Counted from the stretch's first letter, positions 1 to 9,018 are shown. The stretch: DNA of 35,711 nt from Dehalococcoidia bacterium (GCA_003552785.1 PUOQ01000035.1:1-35711); one strand, 5' to 3'. Notes: generated from the letters alone by a model not told the origin. Numbers and translations: made by a program.

Positions 1-17
1 GTGTGCTCTTCCGATCT
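1..17. other. Illumina TruSeq-type adapter remnant (sequencing artefact, not biology)
   Basis: Bases 1-17, GTGTGCTCTTCCGATCT, are identical to the 3' end of the Illumina adapter ...GACGTGTGCTCTTCCGATCT. They sit at the very contig edge. Confidence 0.85.
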
Positions 18-34
18 AGATACTCCAGGGCGTT

Positions 35-2320
35 GTGATATCAACCGGAACCACCCCTGAATACCCCGAGACTCGCGATATAGCCGGATTAATAGAGGAT
101 GCTCCGGTGCTTTCCGCACTATCCATCAAGCTGGGGAAGTGGATTTCAATGTATTACCGGTGCCGGCTGTTTCAAGCCCTTGCTTTGATGTTGCCGCCAG
201 GGTTTGAACGCCGCAGCCTGTGCTCAATAAGACTGGCGAAAAACATTGCTCATGCTGAAGACTCCGGTTTGAACGAGCGTGAAAAAACACTTTTAAACCA
301 GTTAAAAAATGCTGGAACACTAAACCTGAAGGAAATTGAAAAGCAGTCGGGTGCCCGGCAAGCACATAAAATAGTGTCCAGGCTTGCAAAACTTGGCCTG
401 GCAACACTTCAATTTAATATTGAACCCCAAAGGATATCTCCACAGCTGGTAACATACCTGAGACTGGCGCTGGATAATGAAGCGGCACTTGAAGCAATTC
501 AGGATATGCGCCGGTGCGCGCCAAAACAGGCTGCACTGCTTGCTTACTTATGCAAAGCAGGCCAGGCGGTAAAATGGAAGCAGGCCTCTCTGGCTACCGG
601 GAGCACCCGGACGGTTATGAGAGCCCTGGCCGATAAAGGCTTTATCAATGCGGAGCAGATTGAAACCAGCCGCAAACCGATCCCCGAATCAAATAACCAA
701 CCCGAAGCTCCCCTGACCCCGAACCGGGCTCAGGCTGAAGCCCTGACAAAAATAAAAAAAAGCCTCCAGCAACAAAACGGCAGGGCATTTTTACTTTACG
801 GTATAACCGGAAGCGGTAAAACTGAAGTATATTTGCAAGCCCTGGCTGAAGCCATCAAAATGGGTAAAACAGCTATAGTTCTGATTCCCGAAATTAGCCT
901 GACCTCGCAAACCATAGGCAGGTTTACAGCGCGATTCCCCAACCGCGTAGCTGTGCTGCACAGCCGGCTCAGCCTGGGCGAAAGGTTCGACCAGTGGCGT
1001 GAAATCAAGGCCGGCAAATATGACGTAGTGGTCGGCCCCCGGAGCGCACTGTTTGCCCCTTTGCCCAATCCAGGTCTAATTGTGATCGATGAAGAGCACG
1101 AATGGAGTTATAAACAGGATACTTCACCCCGCTATCATGCCCGAAATGTGGCCTTTAAGCTTTCAGAATTGAGCAATGCCACAATGATACTGGGCAGTGC
1201 TACCCCGGATGTGGAAAGCTTCTATTATGCAAGATGTGGAAAGCTCGAGCTGATCAATATGCCCGACAGATTGACGGCAGAAACCGGAAGCAGGCTCCCG
1301 GAAATAGAAATTGTGGACTTGAGGCAGGAATTAAAAACGGGCAACCGCTCAATATTCAGCCGTAAACTTCAAGAATCAATAAGCTATACCCTGAAGCAAA
1401 AAGAGCAGGTTATCCTCTTTTTAAACCGGCGCGGCGGGGCAAGTTTTGTTCAATGCCGTGATTGCGGTCATGTAATTAACTGCCGGCGATGCGAGGTGCC
1501 GATGAGCTACCATTTCGATGACGAGCAACTGGTTTGCCACCATTGCAACTACCGGCAGAAAGCTCCCGGGATATGCCCAGAATGTTTGAGCAAGCGCATC
1601 AAATACCTTGGCCTTGGCACCCAGGCGGTTGCCGGTGAAGTATCCAGGCTGTTCCCCGAAGCCAGAGTTCTTCGCTGGGATAGTGATGCCACCAGGCAGA
1701 AAAACAGCCACCACAACCTGCAGTGCAATTTCCAGGAGCGAAAGTCAGACATCCTGATAGGCACTCAGATGATAGCTAAAGGACTGGACTTCCCGCATGT
1801 AAGCCTGGTCGGCGTTATAAGTGCCGACACCAGCCTGAACCTCCCGGATTTTCGTGCCGGGGAGCGCACATTTGCCCTGCTTTCCCAGGTTGCCGGACGG
1901 GCCGGGCGCTCTCTGGCACCGGGCAAAGTAATAATTCAGAGCTACTACCCGGAGCACTATGCAGTGCAGGCAGCTGCCAGGCATGATTATGCAGCTTTCT
2001 ACAACACGGAAATAAAGTATCGCCTTGAATTAATTCAACCCCCTTTTTCAAAGCTTGTCAGGCTAACTTTTGTCCATCGAAATGACGAGTATTGCCAGAA
2101 TGAAGCAGAAAGACTTTCAGGAGAGCTAAAAGATTGCAAGAATAAAAAGGGCATCGCCGGTGTTTCCATTCTGGGGCCGGCTCCGGCTTTTATCCACCGC
2201 CTGAGGGGCCAGTACCGCTGGAACATCATAATCAAAGGGCATGAACCGGCTTTATTACTGGACCTTGTCAGCCTGCCTCGTCAATGGAAAGTAGATGTTG
2301 ATCCCTACGGGCTGGAGTAG
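35..2320 (+). CDS. priA: Primosomal protein N' (PriA replication-restart helicase), probably 5'-truncated by the contig edge
   Basis: Walker A GITGSGKTEVYL and DEEH box (VIDEEHEW). Cys-rich zinc region CRDCGHVINCRRCEVPMSYH...CHHCNY...CPEC. The frame is open from nt 20, directly after the adapter. The usual N-terminal 3'-DNA-binding domain appears to be missing about 50 aa. Confidence 0.9.
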   Translation: MISTGTTPEYPETRDIAGLIEDAPVLSALSIKLGKWISMYYRCRLFQALALMLPPGFERRSLCSIRLAKNIAHAEDSGLNEREKTLLNQLKNAGTLNLKEIEKQSGARQAHKIVSRLAKLGLATLQFNIEPQRISPQLVTYLRLALDNEAALEAIQDMRRCAPKQAALLAYLCKAGQAVKWKQASLATGSTRTVMRALADKGFINAEQIETSRKPIPESNNQPEAPLTPNRAQAEALTKIKKSLQQQNGRAFLLYGITGSGKTEVYLQALAEAIKMGKTAIVLIPEISLTSQTIGRFTARFPNRVAVLHSRLSLGERFDQWREIKAGKYDVVVGPRSALFAPLPNPGLIVIDEEHEWSYKQDTSPRYHARNVAFKLSELSNATMILGSATPDVESFYYARCGKLELINMPDRLTAETGSRLPEIEIVDLRQELKTGNRSIFSRKLQESISYTLKQKEQVILFLNRRGGASFVQCRDCGHVINCRRCEVPMSYHFDDEQLVCHHCNYRQKAPGICPECLSKRIKYLGLGTQAVAGEVSRLFPEARVLRWDSDATRQKNSHHNLQCNFQERKSDILIGTQMIAKGLDFPHVSLVGVISADTSLNLPDFRAGERTFALLSQVAGRAGRSLAPGKVIIQSYYPEHYAVQAAARHDYAAFYNTEIKYRLELIQPPFSKLVRLTFVHRNDEYCQNEAERLSGELKDCKNKKGIAGVSILGPAPAFIHRLRGQYRWNIIIKGHEPALLLDLVSLPRQWKVDVDPYGLE

Positions 2321-2475
2321 TTTTTCAATGCCCTCAGGATCCAGATGTTGTCAATGAAGCACACTGGGACAACCGAACTGGAGGTTTATCACTTGAAACC
2401 ATTCGAACTTGAACACACATTTTCTATGAGGTATAGTTAAATCCTGTATGCATCTTTTCAATAAAGGAATTTGCG

Positions 2476-4032
2476 GTGGGGTTTCGGCCACCTGTTTTTA
2501 ATTTACTATCACTTCTCGAGACTTTTTTCTCAAAGAAGGGCATAAGTGCCTATATTGTAGGTGGTTTCATCCGTGACTTTGCTCTTAACCGTACCATCAA
2601 TGATTTAGACTTAGCCATTACCGATGACAGTTTTTCCGTGGGCAAAGAGCTTGCCGACAGTTTGGGTGGCCGGCTGGTAAAGCTGGATGAAGCCAACCTG
2701 GTAGCTCGCATAATTCTGCCGGAGAATCTGAGTTCTTCTGGCTCAATCAAGCACCTGGATCTAAACACCCTTCAGGGTGATATAATAACGGATTTAAGCC
2801 GGCGCGACTTCACCCTGAATGCCATGGCATGCCCCATTGCCGAGTGGCCTGAAAATCCGATACCTGGAATAATCCCGGAAAATATCATAGACCCCTACCT
2901 TGGCAGGATTTCTATAAAAGAAAATAAGATTGTCGCGGTTTCGAACCAGGCTTTCGAGGATGATGCGCTAAGGTTGCTGCGCGGTGTAAGGCTTGCAGGA
3001 GAACTGGGCTTTCATATCGAAGAAAACACCTGGAGCCTGATAAAAGAGCAGCATCACCACATTGAGAAAACTGCCTCCGAAAGAATACGTGATGAACTGC
3101 TTTTAATTTTTAAACTTTCAAATACGGGCGAGATTATAAAAAACCTCAGTGAGCTAGGCCTGCTCGACATGCTGATACCGGAGCTTGCGCCATGCAGGGC
3201 TACAACTCAACCAAAAGAACACCACTGGAATGTTTTCTGGCATTCTGTAAAATGCATTGACGCAGTTGAGTTCCTGCTGGGGAGCGGTGAATGGCCTTTT
3301 GCAGATAATATGTACAGGGAGCAGGTGCCGTTATCCCGGGAGCTAATAGATTATTTTAATGAACCGGTAAGCAGTGACAGTACCCGGTTGCAGGTAATGA
3401 AATTGGCCGCGCTCCTTCACGACGTAGCCAAACCCGCAACACGCATTATTAACGGATCCGGCCGTATCCGCTTTTTCGGCCACCCCGCTCAAGGAGCGCC
3501 AATGGCCCGGGACATTCTCACCCGGCTCCGATTTACGTCCCGGGAAATAAAAATGGCTTCTGAAATGACCCTGCATCACCTGCGGCCGGTGCAAATGAAC
3601 CAGCCGGGGGAGATGCCAACAGACAGAGCAATATACCGGTATTTGAGAGATACAGGCGAAGTGGCCATAGATACGCTTTTCTTAAGCCTGGCCGACCACC
3701 TTTCCGCACGCGGCCCTGCCCTGGTACCGAGCATCTGGAAAGCTCATTGTGATATTGTAGAACATGTTATCAGAAGAAAAAGACAAATGGAGAGCTGCAA
3801 AAAAGAAGCCGGCTTGATTAACGGGCATGATTTATTGGATAATTTTAGATTATCACCGGGACCGGTTATAAAAAACATCCTGGAAGCAGTAAATGAAGCA
3901 CAGGTTGTAGGAGATATAAGCACCCGGGAGCAGGCTCTCGAATTGGCAGAAAAGATAATCAGCAATCAGGGGCTGCTCGAGACAGACCGCCGTAGCTACC
4001 GGCAAGGCAAAGGTATAATAAAACCGAAATAA
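2476..4032 (+). CDS. cca: CCA-adding tRNA nucleotidyltransferase (class II nucleotidyltransferase, poly(A) polymerase family) with HD domain
   Basis: Motifs GGFIRDFALNR..NDLDLAI and RRDFTLNAM. HD-domain signature LLHDVAKP in the C-terminal half. Confidence 0.85.
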   Translation: MGFRPPVFNLLSLLETFFSKKGISAYIVGGFIRDFALNRTINDLDLAITDDSFSVGKELADSLGGRLVKLDEANLVARIILPENLSSSGSIKHLDLNTLQGDIITDLSRRDFTLNAMACPIAEWPENPIPGIIPENIIDPYLGRISIKENKIVAVSNQAFEDDALRLLRGVRLAGELGFHIEENTWSLIKEQHHHIEKTASERIRDELLLIFKLSNTGEIIKNLSELGLLDMLIPELAPCRATTQPKEHHWNVFWHSVKCIDAVEFLLGSGEWPFADNMYREQVPLSRELIDYFNEPVSSDSTRLQVMKLAALLHDVAKPATRIINGSGRIRFFGHPAQGAPMARDILTRLRFTSREIKMASEMTLHHLRPVQMNQPGEMPTDRAIYRYLRDTGEVAIDTLFLSLADHLSARGPALVPSIWKAHCDIVEHVIRRKRQMESCKKEAGLINGHDLLDNFRLSPGPVIKNILEAVNEAQVVGDISTREQALELAEKIISNQGLLETDRRSYRQGKGIIKPK

Positions 4033-4038
4033 GAAGGC

Positions 4039-5367
4039 TTGGTGCAAATGAACCGAAAAAATGTAATTACAACGATTATAATCCTGACTCTGTTTGTTCT
4101 TGGTTCGCTCGTTGTTTTCCCCCTGGGCAAAGGAACGCTTTTATCCCGGGGCGTTGAACTGGGGCTGGACCTGCAGGGAGGACTGCGAATGATATATGAA
4201 GCAGACCTTTCAGATGTCGACCCTGGAACAGAGGGTGAAATCATGGACGGTGTAGTTGCTGTAATTGCAAACCGTATTGACCCGCTGGGAGTAGCTGAGC
4301 CCCAGATTGAGTTACAGGGCAATAAACGGGTTGCCATCAGCCTGCCGGGTGTTGAAATTACCGGGACCGAACGGGAACGCATTGGCCGCACAGCCCTTCT
4401 TGAATTCCGCGAATATGTAAGTGAAGATGATGAATGGATTCCGGCTACCGGCACTGTTGACGGTGAAGAAAAAGTGCTCAATTCAAGCTACTTCAGAGAA
4501 AACACCTTTGTAACCCGCGATGATTTCGGAAGAACACTGCTGGTATTTGAATTTACAAATGAAGGAGCAAAACTTGCCGAGCAAATCACCGGCCGGCTCA
4601 TAGGCCAGCGACTTGGAATTTTCGAGGGTGATGAACCCCTGCGGGGTGACGATGGCCGGCCTATAGCTCCAACTGTGGAATCTGTAATTTCGGACCGCGG
4701 CAATATAACCGGGTTGAGCATGAGTGAAGCTACTACACTTTCTAAACAACTTAATGCCGGCCGTCTACCGGTGCCCCTTGAGATAATTTACGAGCAGACC
4801 GTCTCACCGGTTTTAGGAGCTGATTTCGTATCACTGAGCCTGAAAGCGGGTATTATCGGCCTGGCGCTGGTAATGCTTTTTATGGTTTTATATTATCGCC
4901 TGCCCGGAGCAGTTGCATCTCTGGCACTCATATTTTATGCATGTATAGCCATGGCTCTGTTTAAACTGATCCCGGTCACATTGACTCTTGCTGGAATAGG
5001 TGGTTTCATACTGTCCATCGGGATGGCTGTTGATGCAAATATATTGATATTTGAACGTATCAAAGAGGAGCTGCAATCAGGCCGAACCCTGGGTTCTGCC
5101 ATTGAGTCCGGCTTTAACCGTGCCTGGACAGCTATCAAAGACTCAAACATAACAACCTTCATTGTATGCGCCATTCTTTTCTGGGTCGGGTCGACCGTAG
5201 CTGCCGGCGCCCCGGTGCAGGGTTTTGCACTGACCCTGTTTCTTGGCGTAGCCGTAAGTATGTTTACCGCCATAATTGTAACCCGAACTTTGCTAAGACT
5301 TTTTATTGGCACTCGCTTCTCTCGCAAAAAATGGTTGTTCAGCCCGTACCTGGGAGGTGAAAAATAA
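4039..5367 (+). CDS. secD: Protein translocase subunit SecD
   Basis: N-terminal TM segment and the LGLDLQGG signature. C-terminal six-TM block (AGIGGFILSIGMAVDANILIFERIKEE). Abuts secF. An ATG at 4045 is an alternative start. Confidence 0.93.
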   Translation: MVQMNRKNVITTIIILTLFVLGSLVVFPLGKGTLLSRGVELGLDLQGGLRMIYEADLSDVDPGTEGEIMDGVVAVIANRIDPLGVAEPQIELQGNKRVAISLPGVEITGTERERIGRTALLEFREYVSEDDEWIPATGTVDGEEKVLNSSYFRENTFVTRDDFGRTLLVFEFTNEGAKLAEQITGRLIGQRLGIFEGDEPLRGDDGRPIAPTVESVISDRGNITGLSMSEATTLSKQLNAGRLPVPLEIIYEQTVSPVLGADFVSLSLKAGIIGLALVMLFMVLYYRLPGAVASLALIFYACIAMALFKLIPVTLTLAGIGGFILSIGMAVDANILIFERIKEELQSGRTLGSAIESGFNRAWTAIKDSNITTFIVCAILFWVGSTVAAGAPVQGFALTLFLGVAVSMFTAIIVTRTLLRLFIGTRFSRKKWLFSPYLGGEK

Positions 5368-6278
5368 TGCTTGATCTCATCGGAAAACGATTCAAACTCT
5401 TTGCCCTCTCGGGTATTGTCCTGCTTGTCTGTATAGTGACTCTGCTCACTGCTGGGCTCAACATGGGCATAGACTTCTCCAGCGGTTCAGAACTGCAACT
5501 CAGATTTGAACAAGAGGTAACCGTAGAAGAAATAAGGGAAGAACTGGGCAACCTCGGGCACACAACAGCCATTGTCCAGGTAACGGGTGACGACGACTTC
5601 ATAATCCGCACCTCTACCATGGAAACAGCAGAAAAAGAAAGCCTGCTGGACGGTTTGGCTGAACGGTTTGGAACTGTCGAAGAGCTTTCCTTTGAAGGGG
5701 TAGAGCCGGTTATTGCCCAGCAAACCACAAATATTGCCATAATAGCTATCGCCATCGCTTCCGTAGGCATAATGCTGTATATAACCTGGGCATTCAGGCG
5801 TATGCCCAAACCATTCCGGTATGGCGCCTGCGCCATAGCCGCGCTAGTTCACGACGTAATTGTTGTGCTGGGAATCTTTGCAATATTTGCTATCCCATTA
5901 AACCTGGAAGTAAACCTGATGTTTATTACCGGTATACTTGCCGTAATCGGCTACAGTGTTAACGACACAGTGATTGTTTTTGACCGGATCCGTGAAAACC
6001 GTATAAAAAACCCCAGCGCCAATTTCACGACTATCGTAAACAACAGCCTGGTGGAAACGTTGACCCGTTCAATCAATACCGGGCTTACCACGCTGGTGGT
6101 TATACTGGCGCTGCTGCTGTTTGTCGGGTCTACTATTGAAAACTTTTCAATAGTAATGTTTATTGGAGTAGTAACCGGGGTATATTCTTCTATATTCACC
6201 GCCTCAGCACTACTGGTTGTATGGGAAAACAAAGAGTGGAAACGGTTTATTCCATGGTTAAGAAAAAGCAGGGTTTAA
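5367..6278 (+). CDS. secF: Protein translocase subunit SecF
   Basis: GIDFSSGS signature and IGYSVNDTVIVFDRIREN motif. The start overlaps the secD stop (TAATG), suggesting translational coupling. Confidence 0.93.
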   Translation: MLDLIGKRFKLFALSGIVLLVCIVTLLTAGLNMGIDFSSGSELQLRFEQEVTVEEIREELGNLGHTTAIVQVTGDDDFIIRTSTMETAEKESLLDGLAERFGTVEELSFEGVEPVIAQQTTNIAIIAIAIASVGIMLYITWAFRRMPKPFRYGACAIAALVHDVIVVLGIFAIFAIPLNLEVNLMFITGILAVIGYSVNDTVIVFDRIRENRIKNPSANFTTIVNNSLVETLTRSINTGLTTLVVILALLLFVGSTIENFSIVMFIGVVTGVYSSIFTASALLVVWENKEWKRFIPWLRKSRV

Positions 6279-6895
6279 AACAGATTGGCAAGACCGGAAA
6301 ATATGAAGTAGAAACCAAAAGCAACTAAAAATAGGCTGTTTAGTATAAAAACCCACAGCTGCACCCTGCCACCCCACCAGCTGTGGGTTTTATAAACCAG
6401 ACCCGAGACTGCAGAAAGCCACACCAGATCACACAGCCAGTGAACGACAATGAAGGCCACCAGAACCATCGCCCCAAAAGTGGTTACTTTCATGATGAGC
6501 ATACTGCCGACTGTTGCCCACCACAACAAAAAAAACGGGTTCATGCCGGTCATAATTATGCCGGCAACAAAAGCATTGTAAGGAACGTCCCTGCCCTGGG
6601 TTACGACCCGGTGACGGGACCGGAACATCCCATAACCCATAAAAATGATCATAGCCCCACCGGCAAGACTTAAAGCAACCTGAACCGGATCGGCTTCAAA
6701 AAAACGAGCAAAGCCAAAGTAAATTAAAAGGATAACCGGCACTTCAACAACAGCATGGCCCAGTGATATTTGAGCGCCGGCAAATGGTGTTTTATAACTT
6801 TTGGCCAGTGTTGCAGCAAACATGGGCCCCGGCATCATAACACCGGAAAAGGATATTACCACCACGCTTAAAAAAACAGGGATGAGTTCAGTCAT
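6275..6895 (-). CDS. LysE/RhtB-family amino-acid exporter
   Basis: A 206-aa polytopic membrane protein. The N-terminus VVISFSGVMMPGPMFAATL resembles the LysE-family PGP motif. Confidence 0.7.
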   Translation of the reverse strand: MTELIPVFLSVVVISFSGVMMPGPMFAATLAKSYKTPFAGAQISLGHAVVEVPVILLIYFGFARFFEADPVQVALSLAGGAMIIFMGYGMFRSRHRVVTQGRDVPYNAFVAGIIMTGMNPFFLLWWATVGSMLIMKVTTFGAMVLVAFIVVHWLCDLVWLSAVSGLVYKTHSWWGGRVQLWVFILNSLFLVAFGFYFIFSGLANLF

Positions 6896-6965
6896 GGCTT
6901 TCGAGTAGCCGGTGCAAGATAATAGTTATAACGACAGTTCATGCATGTACAAACCAGAGGGAAAC

Positions 6966-7040
6966 TGGTGGGCTCGGCAGGATTCGAACCTACGACCAAA
7001 CGGTTATGAGCCGTCCGCTCTGCCACTGAGCTACGAGCCC
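6966..7040 (-). tRNA. tRNA-Met (anticodon CAU), elongator-type; tRNA-Ile2 (lysidine) not excluded
   Basis: The reverse complement, GGGCTCGTAGCTCAGTGGCAGAGCGGACGGCTCATAACCGTTTGGTCGTAGGTTCGAATCCTGCCGAGCCCACCA, folds as a cloverleaf. It has a 7-bp acceptor stem, anticodon loop CTCATAA, T-loop TTCGAAT and an encoded CCA. The G1-C72 pair argues against an initiator tRNA. Confidence 0.9.
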
Positions 7041-7082
7041 GGTGTCTATATTTTACCCTACAAAAGATAAGACAAGTCAAGC

Positions 7083-7158
7083 TGGAGCGGGAGACGGGAC
7101 TCGAACCCGCGACAACCTGCTTGGAAGGCAGGGACTCTACCAGCTGAGTTACTCCCGC
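7083..7158 (-). tRNA. tRNA-Gly (anticodon UCC)
   Basis: The reverse complement, GCGGGAGTAACTCAGCTGGTAGAGTCCCTGCCTTCCAAGCAGGTTGTCGCGGGTTCGAGTCCCGTCTCCCGCTCCA, folds as a cloverleaf. Anticodon loop CTTCCAA, encoded CCA. Confidence 0.93.
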
Positions 7159-7174
7159 TTGATAGGCCAGGGTT

Positions 7175-7203
7175 ATTTTATCCTTACAGGCAACCCTTGT
7201 CAA
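7175..7203 (-). promoter_or_regulatory. Sigma-70-type promoter for the tRNA-Gly/tRNA-Met pair
   Basis: On the minus strand: TTGACA (7203-7198), a 17-nt spacer, then TAAAAT (7180-7175). This lies about 17 nt upstream of the tRNA-Gly 5' end. Confidence 0.5.
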
Positions 7204-7245
7204 AGTCGGCAAATGCAAAATACACGCGGCTTGCCTGCCAAACAG

Positions 7246-7683
7246 CTAGGACAACTGTCTGGCAATTACCCTGGCCAGTTCTTCACGTGCATCAGCCAGT
7301 TTTTTGTATTTCGACTCAACTTTGGCCATATTCCTGGCTACAATAGCCTTTAACAGGTCCCCCTCTATTTCAGCAACTTCCAACCTTTCATAGTAATCCA
7401 TCATTTCTTTAAGGTGCGCCAATACAATCTTACCGGTTAAAATCGGATGATTATTGGTCACATTGGCATCCGGGTACATTGTGCCATGTTCAAGCTCGAC
7501 TTCAAGCCCCCGGCGAAACTCTTCAAGAGGTATATCCATGTCCTGTGTATTAACTACCTCCAGAATAACAGCGGCCTCTTTTTCACCTACCACGGGCTCT
7601 TCTATCAAAGACCAATCCCTGAGGCTGAGCTCCTCACAAACCTTCTTTACTTCCTTGACTGATACATATTCAGGTAATTGCAT
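7246..7683 (-). CDS. Conserved hypothetical protein with an acidic LEVELEHG motif (possibly DUF5661-like)
   Basis: A clean 145-aa ORF with non-repetitive, protein-like composition. The motif GLEVELEHGT...NVTNNHP...IVLAHLKE resembles a small family of unknown function. The family assignment is from memory only. Confidence 0.55.
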   Translation of the reverse strand: MQLPEYVSVKEVKKVCEELSLRDWSLIEEPVVGEKEAAVILEVVNTQDMDIPLEEFRRGLEVELEHGTMYPDANVTNNHPILTGKIVLAHLKEMMDYYERLEVAEIEGDLLKAIVARNMAKVESKYKKLADAREELARVIARQLS

Positions 7684-7837
7684 CGAACCTTTATCTCCTA
7701 TTTAATATTTATTCTATATTCGATTTACCAGTTACAATCAAAGCCGCGCTTTCAATCAGGCTGGCAGAACTACCGGTAATGCACCAGATAAACAGGCCCG
7801 GCTGAGCGCGGCTTTAAATCATTAACTTTTTTTGAAA

Positions 7838-8545
7838 CTAAGAAGCTTTTTCGGGTTTCCAGACCTGCCACACTTTACCCACAAGTTCAGGAGAGGGTTT
7901 TAAAGTCTGTTTGCCCGGCTGCCACTCGGATGGCATTACTTCACCTGTCTTGCGTGTATGCTGGAAAGCTTTGATCTGGCGAATCAGTTCACCAACATTG
8001 CGCCCTACCGGCGGAGTCAGCACTTCCATTGCCTGTATAATCCCATCAGGATCGATTATGAAACGGCCACGAATGTTAACACCTGCATCCTCATTATAAA
8101 CCCCGTAAGCACTCCCGATACGTCCGCCCTGATCCGAAAGCATAGGAAAAGGAACCCCTCCATCAACCATCCTGGAAAGCTCTTCTTCCTGCCATATTTT
8201 GTGAGAAAACTGGCTGTCGGTGCTAATAGAAAACACCTGCACTCCCAGTTCTTTTAACTCGTCATGCCTGGCGGCAACTGCCCCCAACTCCGTCGGTCAG
8301 ACAAAGGTAAAATCACCCGGGTAGAAACATACAACTACCCACTTCCCCTTGCTGTCTGATAGCTTAACTTTTTTAAACCCTCCGTCAACAAAAGCGTTGG
8401 CTTCAAAATCCGGAGCTGGTTTACCTACCTTTGCTGTCATAACTTGCTTTGATTCCTCCTTCTGATTTTCTTTCTGCTCGCCTGCTTCGCTATCGGAAAC
8501 AGGGCCTTTTGCTGGACTTACACATCCAGGTGGTTTTTCAGCCAC
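7838..8545 (-). CDS. prxU: Selenocysteine-containing peroxiredoxin (AhpC/Prx1 family, PrxU-like); TGA at 8297-8299 read as Sec
   Basis: ORFs 8297..8551 and 7838..8287 are in the same frame and separated only by TGA. Read-through gives KPAPDF...[22 protein letters not shown]...STDS...[10 protein letters not shown]...[11 protein letters not shown], collinear with 2-Cys Prx/AhpC, with the TGA exactly at the FVCPTE Cys. Two starts are possible: GTG 8545 (SD AGGAGG 6 nt upstream) or ATG 8440 (canonical Prx N-terminus [12 protein letters not shown]). Confidence 0.85.
8268..8287 (-). promoter_or_regulatory. Candidate bacterial SECIS hairpin downstream of the Sec UGA
   Basis: The mRNA reads UGA-CCGACGGAG-UUGGGGGCAGUUGCCGCCAG. 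This gives stem UUGG/CCAG, a G-G mismatch, stem GGC/GCC and apical loop AGUU (which contains G-U), about 18-21 nt after the UGA. Folded by eye only. Confidence 0.4.
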
Positions 8546-8613
8546 TAGCAACCTCCTGAAGAATTATTATTAATTAAACCCTGGTATATGATGGGTAATT
8601 AATCAAGCGTTAT

Positions 8614-9018
8614 TCAACCAACTGGCAATCTTTTCCGGGATTCAGTACAGACACTGCAGGCACCGAAGAACTCAACATGGTGGAACTTTACCTCGGCGCC
8701 GGTTTTACCTTCCACCCATCGATCAAGCTCCTGCTTGACCGGCACATCAAGATCAAAAACTCCGCCGCACTGTTCACATTTCAGATGATAATGAACAACC
8801 GGGTTTCCGTCATAACGATTGGCATTGCTGTCAATTTTAAGTTCTAAAATGCGCCCCGACTGAGTCAATTGTTTCAAGTTGCGGTAAACAGTCCCTTTGG
8901 AAATATTGGGTATGATCTTACGTGCTTCATCATAAACCCAGTCCGCATTGGGATGGCTTTTTGTATTTTTTAAAATGTTTATAATGACCTGTTTCTGTTT
9001 CGTATTTCTTTGTTTCAT
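8614..9018 (-). CDS. Fur-family metalloregulator (Fur/PerR-type)
   Basis: N-terminal winged helix (NTKQKQVIINIL...HPNADWVYDE...ISKGTVYRNLKQL). HYH motif, and two CxxC pairs (CEQCG, CSVCT) for the structural Zn site. Located directly upstream of the peroxiredoxin. Confidence 0.85.
   Translation of the reverse strand: MKQRNTKQKQVIINILKNTKSHPNADWVYDEARKIIPNISKGTVYRNLKQLTQSGRILELKIDSNANRYDGNPVVHYHLKCEQCGGVFDLDVPVKQELDRWVEGKTGAEVKFHHVEFFGACSVCTESRKRLPVG

Noticed and set aside
6892-7218. 108-aa minus-strand ORF (and the 103-aa plus-strand ORF 7042..7353) spanning the tRNA region
   Set aside because: Both are entirely explained by two well-folding tRNA genes and their promoter. The translations are low-complexity and have no SD.
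8297-8551. Treating ORFs 8297..8551 and 7838..8287 as two separate small genes or as a nonsense-disrupted pseudogene
   Set aside because: They share one frame, only a TGA separates them, and it falls exactly on the conserved peroxidatic Cys codon of FVCPTE. Conservation continues undiminished downstream. Selenocysteine recoding is the simpler explanation.
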